Part shown: in pieces, positions 25,601 to 37,700 of the stretch
How the letters are laid out: each line of letters begins with the position of its first letter
Numbering within the stretch: the first letter of the stretch is position 1
DNA from: the human T2T-CHM13v2.0 reference genome, Homo sapiens
DNA length: 64,000 nucleotides
Direction: 5' to 3' (one strand)
NCBI RefSeq assembly: GCF_009914755.1
Contig: NC_060940.1
Notes under the pieces: model-generated
Told to the model about the DNA's origin: nothing
Seen by the model: only the letters and a program-made list of their open reading frames with translations
Database searches by the model: none
Translations under genes and position numbers: made by a program

Positions 25601-28600
25601 ATTCCATTCAATGATGATTCCATTCGAGTCCATTCGATGATTCCATTCGAGTCCATTTAATGATTCCATTGGGTTCAATTCAATGATGATTACATTGGAT
25701 TCCGTTCTATGATTCCATTCAATTCCGTTCATTGACAATTTGATTCCATTCGATGATGATTCCATTTGAGTTCATTCTATGATTCTATTCGATTCTCTTC
25801 GATGGTGATTCAATTCTATTATATTGGATGATTCCATTCGATTCCATTTGATGTTGATTCAATTCGATTCTATTCGAGGATGATTCCATTGGATTTCACT
25901 TGATGATTCTATTCGATTCCATTCAATGATGATTCACTTCTCGTCCATTGGATGATTCCATTTCATTCCATTCGATGATGATTCCATTCGATTCCATTCG
26001 ATGATTCCATTTGATTCCATGCGACGGTGAGCAATTCGATTCAATTCCATGATGATTCTATTTGATTCAATTAGATGATGTTTCCATTCGAATCCATTCC
26101 ATGATTATTCCATTGGAATCCATTCGGCGATGATTCCATATGAGTCAATTCAATGATGATTCCATATGGGTCCGTTCGATGATAATTCCATTTGATTTCA
26201 TTCGATGCTTCTATTCTATTCCAGTCGATGATGATTCCGTTGGAGTCCATACGATGATTCCATTTGATTTCATTTGATGATGATTCCATTCGATGATGAT
26301 TACATTGGATTCCATTCTATGATTCCATTCAATTCCATTCGTTGATGATTCGATTCCATTCAATGATGATTCCATTTGAGTTCATTCGATGATTCTATTC
26401 GATTCCGTTCGATGGTGATTCAATTCTATTATATTGGATGATTCCACTCGATTCCATTTGATGATTATTCCATTGGAGTCCACTTAGTGAATCCTTTAGA
26501 TTCTACACGACGATGATTCCATTCGAGTCCATTCGATGATACCATTCAATTCCATTCGTTGATGCTTCCATTCAAGTGCATTCGATGATATCATTCGATT
26601 CCATTTGATGATAATTCCATTTGATTCCATGCGATGATTCTATTCGATTCCATTCAATGATAATTCCATTCAGTTCAGTGATTCCTCTGGACTCCATTTG
26701 ATGATGATTCCATTCAATGATTCCATTCGATTCTATTCGAAAATGATTCCATTTGAATCCATTTGATGATGATTCCATTAGATTCCATTTGATGATTCCA
26801 TTCGATTCCATTCAACGATGATTCCATTCGATTCCGTTTGATGATTCCATTCTATTCTATTCGATGATGATTCCATTCGATTCCATTCGATGATGATTGG
26901 ATTCGATTCCATTTGATGATTTCATTTGATTCCATTCGTTAATGATTTCGATCAATTCCATTCGATGATTCCATTCGATTCCATTCGATAATGATTACAT
27001 CTGAGTCCATTCGATGATTCCCTTTGAGCCTGTTCGATAATTCCATTTGAGTCCAACCAATGATTCCATTCATTTCCATTCAATGATTCCATTCGAGTCC
27101 ATTTGATCATTCCGGTAGGGTCCATTCGATGTTGATTCCATTGGAGTGCATTCGATGATTCCATTCGAGTCCATTTTAGGATTTGATTCGAGTCCTTTCG
27201 ATGATTCCATTCGATTCCACTCGATGATGATTTCATTCGAGTCCATTCGACACTTCCAATCGATTCCATTTGATGATTCCATTCGAGTCCAATTGATGAT
27301 TCCATTCAATTCCATTCGATGATGATTCCGTACGATTCCATTCTGTGATGATTCCATGTGATTGCATTCAATGACGATTCCTTTCGATTGCATTCGATTA
27401 TGATTCATTTCGTGTTCATTCTATGGTTCCACAGGTTTCCATTCGTGTCCATTCCATTATTCCATTCTATTCCATTTGATGATGATTCCATTCGATTCCA
27501 TTCATTGGTGATTCCACTCAATTCCATTCAATGATTCCATTCCATTTCTTTCAACAATGATTCCATTAGTTTCTAATCGATGATCCACTTGATTCCATTT
27601 GACGACGATTCCATTCTTGTCCATTCGATGATTCCATTTGATTCCATATGATGATGATTCCATTCGATTCCATACCATGATGATTCCATTCGAGTCCATT
27701 CAATGGTGATTCCATTCAATTCCATTCGATGATTCCTTTTGATTCCATTCGATGATGATGGCATTTGATTCCTTTCAATCATTCCCTTTGATTCCATTCA
27801 AAGGTGACTTCATTCAAGTCCATTCGATAATTGCATTCGATTCCATTCTATGATGATTCCATTCGAGTCCATTTGATGATTCCATTCAATTCAAGTCAAT
27901 GATGATTCCATTCGATTCCACTCGATGATTCCATTGGATTCCATTCGATGATGATTCCATTCAAATCCATTCGATAATTCAATTCAAGTCCATTCGATGA
28001 TGATTCCAATCGAATCCATTCAAAGATTCCATTCAGTTCCATTCGATGATTCCCTTGGATTCCATTCGATGATTCCACTTGATTGCATTTACGATGATTC
28101 CATTCGATTCCATGTGATGATTCCCTTCAATTCTATTCAATGATGTCTCCATTTGATTCCATTCGACCATGATTGCCTTTGATTCCATTCAATGATTCCA
28201 TTCGGTTCCGTTTGATGATGATTCCGTTCGATTCCATTTGATGATTCCATTTGATTCCATTGGATGAGTCCATTCGATTACATTCGATGATTATTCCATT
28301 CGAGTGCATTAGATGATTCCATTCGAGTCCATTCGATGATTCCATTCGATTCCATTTGATGTTGATTCTGTTCAAATCCATTCGATGATTCCACTCGATT
28401 CCATTCGTTGACTCCATTTGATCCCATTCGATGATTTCCTTTGATTCCCTTTGATGATCATTCCATTTGATTCAATTCGGTGATTTCATTTGATTCCATT
28501 CAGTGATGTTTCCATTCGACTCCATTCGATGATGATTCCATTCGACTCCATTCGATTATGATTTCATTCAATTCCATTCGATAATGATTCCCTTCGAGTC

Positions 28601-28626
28601 CATTCGATGATTCCATTCGATTCCAT
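22611..28626 (+). repeat. 6,016-bp transitional unit (truncated module X fused to canonical sequence)
   Basis: Anchors at 22611 and 28627. Module X sequence runs 22701-~23600 and then switches to canonical sequence. A 10-bp deletion lies near 24470 and an extra pentamer near 24810. Confidence 0.82.
22701..23600 (+). repeat. Module X, copy 3 (first ~0.9 kb only)
   Basis: Matches 12718-13617 at offset 9983 and lacks the TATGGCTATCG-containing half. Confidence 0.82.
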
Positions 28627-31600
28627 TCAACGATGATTTGATTCGTGTCCATTCGATGATTCCATTTGATTCCACTTGATGATGATTCCATTCGAGTCCA
28701 TTTGATGATTCCATTCAATTCCATACTCCGATGATTTCTTTTGAGCCCACTCAATGCTTCCACTCGATTCCATATGATGATGACTCCATTCGATGAAATT
28801 CGATGATGATTCCATTCGCTTGCTTTCGATGATGATTCCACTTGAGTCCGTTAGAAGATTCTATTCAATTACATTCCATGACGATTCCGTTCGAGTCCAT
28901 TTGATGATTCCATTAGACTCCATTCGACGATGATTCCATTCGATGTTATTCGATGATTCCATTCGATCTCATTCGATGATGATTCCATTCAACTCCATTC
29001 GATGTTTCCATTCGAGTTCATTCTATTATTCCATTAGATTCCATTCGATGATGATTCCATTCGATTCCATTTGATGATTGCATTCTATTTCATTTGATGA
29101 TGATTCCATTCGAGTCCACTCGATGATTCCATTCGAGTCCATTTAATGAATCCATTGGTTTCAATTCTATGATGATTACATTGGATTCCATTCGTTGATG
29201 ATTTCATTCGGTTCCATTCAATGATGATTCCATTCAATTCCTTTCAATGTTTCCATTCAATTCCATACGATGATGATTCCATTTGATTTGATTCGACAGT
29301 GAGCCATTCGATTCAATTCCATGATGATTCTATTTGATTCAATTGGTTGACATTTCCATTCGATTCCATTCGATGATGATTCCCTTTGATTCCGTTCAAA
29401 GATGATTCCATTCTAGCCCATTCAATCATTCCATTCGATTCTATTCAATGATGATTCCATTCATGTCGATTTGGTGATTCCATTTGACTTCATTTGATGA
29501 TGATTCCTTTCAAGTTCATTAGATGATTCCATTCGATTCCATTTGATGATGATCCCATTCGAGTCCATTCAGTGATTCCATTCGTTTCCATTCCATGATG
29601 ATTCCATTCCTTTCCATTCAATGATTCCATTCGATTCCGTTTGATGATGATTTCATTCGAGTCCATTTGATGATTCCATTTGATTCCATTCGATGATGAT
29701 TCCATTCGAGTCCATTCGATGATTCTATTCGAATCCATTTGATGATTTCTTTTGATTATATTTGGTGATGATTCCATTGGAGTCCATTCAATGATTCCAT
29801 TCTATTCCAATCGATGATGATTCCATTAGAGTCCATTTAATGATTCCATTTGATTCCAGTCTCTGATGATTACATTCGAGTCCATACGATGATTCCACTC
29901 AATTCCATATGATGATGATTCCATTTGATTCCATTCGGTGATTCCGTTCTATTCTATTCAATGGTGATTCCATTCGAGTACATTAGATGATTCCATTCGA
30001 TTCCATTCAATGATGATTCTATTTGTGTCCCTTAGATGATTCCACATGATTCCATTAGATGATGATACTATTTGAGCCCATCCAATGATTCCCTTCGATT
30101 CCATTCAATGAGGATTCCATTCGATTCAATTCATTGGTGATTCTATTCAATTCAATTCTTTGATTCCATTCCATTCCATTCGACAATGATTCCATTCGAT
30201 TTCTTTCGATGATTCCACTCGATTCCACTTGACATTGATTCCATTCGATTCCATTCAATGATTCCGTTTGATTCCAGTGGATGATGATTGCCATCGATTC
30301 CATTCGATCACTCCATTCTATTCCATTTGATGATGATTACATTCGATTCCATTTGATGATTCCATCTGATTCTATTCGAGGATTCCATTTGATTCCATTC
30401 GATGATGATTCCATTCGAGTCCATTCGATGATTTCATTCGAGTACATCCAATGATTCCATTCGAGTCCATTAGATGATTCCATTTGATTCCATTTGAAAA
30501 TGATTCTACTAGAGTCCATTCAATGACTCCATTCGAGTCCATTCAACAATTCCATTCGACTCCATTCGATGATTCCATTCGATTCCATTTGATGGTTCCA
30601 TTCGAGTCCATTTAATCATTACAGTCGAGTCCATTTGGTGATTCCACTGGATTTCTTTTGATAATGATACCATTCAATTACATTTGATGATGATCCCATT
30701 CAATTTCATTTGATGATGATTCCATTAGAGTCCATTCGATGATTTCATTCGAGTCCCTTCATTGATTCCATCCGATTTCATTGGATGATGACTCCATTCG
30801 AGTCCATTCGATGATTCCACTCGATTCCATTAGATGACTCCATTGGAGTCCATTTGATTGTTCCATTCGATTCCATTCGATTCCTTTCGAAGATTATTCC
30901 ATTTGAGTCCATTCGATGATGATTCCATTCCATTCCATTCGATGATTCCGTTTGATTCCATTCGATGATTCCCTTCGATTCCTTTCTTTGATGATTCCAT
31001 TCCATTCCATTCAATGATTCCATTCGAATCTATTCCATGATGATTCCTTTCGATTCCATTCGCTGATGTTTCCGTTCAATTCCATTCGATGATGATTCCA
31101 TTCGATTCCATTCATTGAGGATTCCATTTGATTCCATTCAATGATGATTCCATTCTATTCCATTCAATGATTGCATTCAATTCCATTCAATGATTATCCC
31201 ATTAGAGTAAACTCAACGATTCCATTCAATATCATTCGATGATGATTCCTTTTGAGTCCATTCAATGATTTCATTCAAGTCCATTTGATGATTCCTTTCA
31301 ATTCCATTCTATGATGATTCCATTCGAGTCCATTCGATGATTCCATTCGATTGCATTCGATGATTCCATTATATTCCATTCAACGATGATTCCATTCGAG
31401 TCCATTCCATGATTCCATTAGAGTACATTTAATGATTGCTTTGTTTTCAATTCGAAGATGATTACATTGGATTCCATTCTATGATACCATTCGATTCCAT
31501 TCAATGATGATTCCACTCAAATCCATTGGATGATTCCATTCGTGTCCATTCGGTGATTTCATTAGATTCCATTCGAGGATGATTCCATTCGATTCCATTC

Positions 31601-34600
31601 GATGATTCCATTCAATTCCATTCGATGATGATTCCATTCCAGTCCATATGATCATTCCATTTGATTTCATTCGATGATGATTCCATTCGATTCCATTCGA
31701 CGATTCCATTCTATTCCATTCAATGATGATTCCATTCGAGTCCATTCGATGATTCCATTCGAGTCCATTTAATGATTCCATTGGGTTCAATTCAATGATG
31801 ATTACATTGGATTCCGTTCTATGATTCCATTCAATTCCGTTCATTGACAATTTGATTCCATTCGATGATGATTCCATTTGAGTTCATTCTATGATTCTAT
31901 TCGATTCTCTTCGATGGTGATTCAATTCTATTATATTGGATGATTCCATTCGATTCCATTTGATGTTGATTCAATTCGATTCTATTCGAGGATGATTCCA
32001 TTGGATTTCACTTGATGATTCTATTCGATTCCATTCAATGATGATTCACTTCTCGTCCATTGGATGATTCCATTTCATTCCATTCGATGATGATTCCATT
32101 CGATTCCATTCGATGATTCCATTTGATTCCATGCGACGGTGAGCAATTCGATTCAATTCCATGATGATTCTATTTGATTCAATTAGATGATGTTTCCATT
32201 CGAATCCATTCCATGATTATTCCATTGGAATCCATTCGGCGATGATTCCATATGAGTCAATTCAATGATGATTCCATATGGGTCCGTTCGATGATAATTC
32301 CATTTGATTTCATTCGATGCTTCTATTCTATTCCAGTCGATGATGATTCCGTTGGAGTCCATACGATGATTCCATTTGATTTCATTTGATGATGATTCCA
32401 TTCGATGATGATTACATTGGATTCCATTCTATGATTCCATTCAATTCCATTCGTTGATGATTCGATTCCATTCAATGATGATTCCATTTGAGTTCATTCG
32501 ATGATTCTATTCGATTCCGTTCGATGGTGATTCAATTCTATTATATTGGATGATTCCACTCGATTCCATTTGATGATTATTCCATTGGAGTCCACTTAGT
32601 GAATCCTTTAGATTCTACTCGACGATGATTCCATTCGAGTCCATTCGATGATACCATTCAATTCCATTCGTTGATGCTTCCATTCAAGTGCATTCGATGA
32701 TATCATTCGATTCCATTTGATGATAATTCCATTTGATTCCATGCGATGATTCTATTCGATTCCATTCAATGATAATTCCATTCAATTCAGTGATTCCTCT
32801 GGACTCCATTTGATGATGATTCCATTCAATGATTCCATTCGATTCTATTCGAAAATGATTCCATTTGAATCCATTTGATGATGATTCCATTAGATTCCAT
32901 TTGATGATTCCATTCGATTCCATTCGACGATGATTCCATTCGATTCCGTTTGATGATTCCATTCTATTCTATTCGATGATGATTCCATTCGATTCCATTC
33001 GATGATGATTGGATTCGATTCCATTTGATGATTTCATTTGATTCCATTCGTTAATGATTTCGATCAATTCCATTCGATGATTCCATTCGATTCCATTCGA
33101 TAATGATTACATCTGAGTCCATTCGATGATTCCCTTTGAGCCTGTTCGATAATTCCATTTGAGTCCAACCAATGATTCCATTCATTTCCATTCAATGATT
33201 CCATTCGAGTCCATTTGATCATTCCGGTAGGGTCCATTCGATGTTGATTCCATTGGAGTGCATTCGATGATTCCATTCGAGTCCATTTTAGGATTTGATT
33301 CGAGTCCTTTCGATGATTCCATTCGATTCCACTCGATGATGATTTCATTCGAGTCCATTCGACACTTCCAATCGATTCCATTTGATGATTCCATTCGAGT
33401 CCAATTGATGATTCCATTCAATTCCATTCGATGATGATTCCGTACGATTCCATTCTGTGATGATTCCATGTGATTGCATTCAATGATGATTCCTTTCGAT
33501 TGCATTCGATTATGATTCATTTCGTGTTCATTCTATGGTTCCACAGGTTTCCATTCGTGTCCATTCCATTATTCCATTCTATTCCATTTGATGATGATTC
33601 CATTCGATTCCATTCATTGGTGATTCCACTCAATTCCATTCAATGATTCCATTCCATTTCTTTCAACAATGATTCCATTAGTTTCTAATCGATGATCCAC
33701 TTGATTCCATTTGACGACGATTCCATTCTTGTCCATTCGATGATTCCATTTGATTCCATATGATGATGATTCCATTCGATTCCATACCATGATGATCCCA
33801 TTCGAGTCCATTCAATGGTGATTCCATTCAATTCCATTCGATGATTCCTTTTGATTCCATTCGATGATGATGGCATTTGATTCCTTTCAATCATTCCCTT
33901 TGATTCCATTCAAAGGTGATTTCATTCAAGTCCATTCGATAATTGCATTCGATTCCATTCTATGATGATTCCATTCGAGTCCATTTGATGATTCCATTCA
34001 ATTCAAGTCAATGATGATTCCATTCGATTCCACTCGATGATTCCATTGGATTCCATTCGATGATGATTCCATTCAAATCCATTCGATAATTCAATTCAAG
34101 TCCATTCGATGATGATTCCAATCGAATCCATTCAAAGATTCCATTCAGTTCCATTCGATGATTCCCTTGGATTCCATTCGATGATTCCACTTGATTGCAT
34201 TTACGATGATTCCATTCGATTCCATGTGATGATTCCATTCAATTCTATTCAATGATGTCTCCATTTGATTCCATTCGACCATGATTGCCTTTGATTCCAT
34301 TCAATGATTCCATTCGGTTCCGTTTGATGATGATTCCGTTCGATTCCATTTGATGATTCCATTTGATTCCATTGGATGAGTCCATTCGATTACATTCGAT
34401 GATTATTCCATTCGAGTGCATTAGATGATTCCATTCGAGTCCATTCGATGATTCCATTCGATTCCATTCGATGTTGATTCTGTTCAAATCCATTCGATGA
34501 TTCCACTCGATTCCATTCGTTGACTCCATTTGATCCCATTCGATGATTTCCTTTGATTCCCTTTGATGATCATTCCATTTGATTCAATTCAGTGATTTCA

Positions 34601-34738
34601 TTTGATTCCATTCAGTGATGTTTCCATTCGACTCCATTCGATGATGATTCCAATCGACTCCATTCGATTATGATTTCATTCAATTCCATTCGATAATGAT
34701 TCCCTTCGAGTCCATTCGATGATTCCATTCGATTCCAT
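28627..34738 (+). repeat. Canonical 6,112-bp unit (used as reference copy)
   Basis: Anchor-to-anchor distance is 6112. Contains once-per-unit markers GACAGTGAGCC (29295), TCTACTAGAG (~30506), GACGGTGAGCAA (32135), GGTAGGGTCC (~33226) and CGTACG (33441). Confidence 0.93.
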
Positions 34739-37700
34739 TCAACGATGATTTGATTCGTGTCCATTCGATGATTCCATTTGATTCCACTTGATGATGATTC
34801 CATTCGAGTCCATTTGATGATTCCATTCAATTCCATACTCCGATGATTTCTTTTGAGCCCACTCAATGCTTCCACTCGATTCCATATGATGATGACTCCA
34901 TTCGATGAAATTCGATGATGATTCCATTCGCTTGCTTTCGATGATGATTCCACTTGAGTCCGTTAGAAGATTCTATTCAATTACATTCCATGACGATTCC
35001 GTTCGAGTCCATTTGATGATTCCATTAGACTCCATTCGACGATGATTCCATTCGATGTTATTCGATGATTCCATTCGATCTCATTCGATGATGATTCCAT
35101 TCAACTCCATTCGATGTTTCCATTCGAGTTCATTCTATTATTCCATTAGATTCCATTCGATGATGATTCCATTCGATTCCATTTGATGATTGCATTCTAT
35201 TTCATTTGATGATGATTCCATTCGAGTCCACTCGATGATTCCATTCGAGTCCATTTAATGAATCCATTGGTTTCAATTCTATGATGATTACATTGGATTC
35301 CATTCGTTGATGATTTCATTCGGTTCCATTCAATGATGATTCCATTCAATTCCTTTCAATGTTTCCATTCAATTCCATACGATGATGATTCCATTTGATT
35401 TGATTCGACAGTGAGCCATTCGATTCAATTCCATGATGATTCTATTTGATTCAATTGGTTGACATTTCCATTCGATTCCATTCGATGATGATTCCCTTTG
35501 ATTCCGTTCAAAGATGATTCCATTCTAGCCCATTCAATCATTCCATTCGATTCTATTCAATGATGATTCCATTCATGTCGATTTGGTGATTCCATTTGAC
35601 TTCATTTGATGATGATTCCTTTCAAGTTCATTAGATGATTCCTTTCGATTCCATTTGATGATGATCCCATTCGAGTCCATTCAGTGATTCCATTCGTTTC
35701 CATTCCTTGATGATTCCATTCCTTTCCATTCAATGATTCCATTCGATTCCGTTTGATGATGATTTCATTCGAGTCCATTTGATGATTCCATTTGATTCCA
35801 TTCGATGATGATTCCATTCGAGTCCATTCGATGATTCTATTCGAATCCATTTGATGATTTCTTTTGATTATATTTGGTGATGATTCCATTGGAGTCCATT
35901 CAATGATTCCATTCTATTCCAATCGATGATGATTCCATTAGAGTCCAGTTAATGATTCCATTTGATTCCAGTCTCTGATGATTACATTCGAGTCCATACG
36001 ATGATTCCACTCAATTCCATATGATGATGATTCCATTTGATTCCATTCGGTGATTCCATTCTATTCTATTCAATGGTGATTCCATTCGAGTACATTAGAT
36101 GATTCCATTCGATTCCATTCAATGATGATTCTATTTGTGTCCCTTAGATGATTCCACATGATTCCATTAGATGATGATACTATTTGAGCCCATCCAATGA
36201 TTCCCTTCGATTCCATTCGATGAGGATTCCATTCGATTCAATTCATTGGTGATTCTATTCAATTCAATTCTTTGATTCCATTCCATTCCATTCGACAATG
36301 ATTCCATTCGATTTCTTTCGATGATTCCACTCGATTCCACTTGACATTGATTCCATTCGATTCCATTCAATGATTCCATTTGATTCCAGTGGATGATGAT
36401 TGCCATCGATTCCATTCGATCACTCCATTCTATTCCATTTGATGATGATTACATTCGATTCCATTTGATGATTCCATCTGATTCTATTCGAGGATTCCAT
36501 TTGATTCCATTCGATGATGATTCCATTCGAGTCCATTCGATGATTTCATTCCAGTACATCCAATGATTCCATTCGAGTCCATTAGATGATTCCATTTGAT
36601 TCCATTTGAAAATGATTCTACTAGAGTCCATTCAATGACTCCATTCGAGTCCATTCAACAATTCCATTCGACTCCATTCGATGATTCCATTCGATTCCAT
36701 TTGATGGTTCCATTCGAGTCCATTTAATCATTACAGTCGAGTCCATTTGGTGATTCCACTGGATTTCTTTTGATAATGATACCATTCAATTACATTTGAT
36801 GATGATCCCATTCAATTTCATTTGATGATGATTCCATTAGAGTCCATTCGATGATTTCATTCGAGTCCCTTCATTGATTCCATCCGATTTCATTGGATGA
36901 TGACTCCATTCGAGTCCATTCGATGATTCCACTCGATTCCATTAGATGACTCCATTGGAGTCCATTTGATTGTTCCATTCGATTCCATTCGATTCCTTTC
37001 GAAGATTATTCCATTTGAGTCCATTCGATGATGATTCCATTCCATTCCATTCGATGATTCCGTTTGATTCCATTCGATGCTTCCCTTCGATTCCTTTCTT
37101 TGATGATTCCATTCCATTCCATTCAATGATTCCATTCGAATCTATTCCATGATGATTCCTTTCGATTCCATTCGCTGATGTTTCCGTTCAATTCCATTCG
37201 ATGATGATTCCATTCGATTCCATTCATTGAGGATTCCATTGGATTCCATTCAATGATGATTCCATTCTATTCCATTCAATGATTGCATTCAATTCCATTC
37301 AATGATTATCCCCTTAGAGTAAACTCAACGATTCCATTCAATACCATTCGATGATGATTCCTTTTGAGTCCATTCAATGATTTCATTCAAGTCCATTTGA
37401 TGATTCCTTTCAATTCCATTCTATGATGATTCCATTCGAGTCCATTCGATGATTCCATTCGATTGCATTCGATGATTCCATTATATTCCATTCAACGGTG
37501 ATTCCATTCGAGTCCATTCCATGATTCCATTAGAGTACATTTAATGATTGCTTTGTTTTCAATTCGAAGATGATTACATTGGATTCCATTCTATGATACC
37601 ATTCGATTCCATTCAATGATGATTCCACTCAAATCCATTGGATGATTCCATTCGTGTCCATTCGGTGATTTCATTAGATTCCATTCGAGGATGATTCCAT

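Noticed and set aside
30160-31020. TEAD/MCAT (CATTCC) motif platform
   Set aside because: Only a few short CATTCCATTCC runs occur per unit. This is expected from the consensus by single substitutions and is far sparser than in HSat3, so it is not supportable as a regulatory feature.
36970-37152. Lone plus-strand 60-aa ORF
   Set aside because: It arises from a single private substitution (GATGATT>GATGCTT near 37080) that removes a TGA. The peptide is low-complexity satellite translation.
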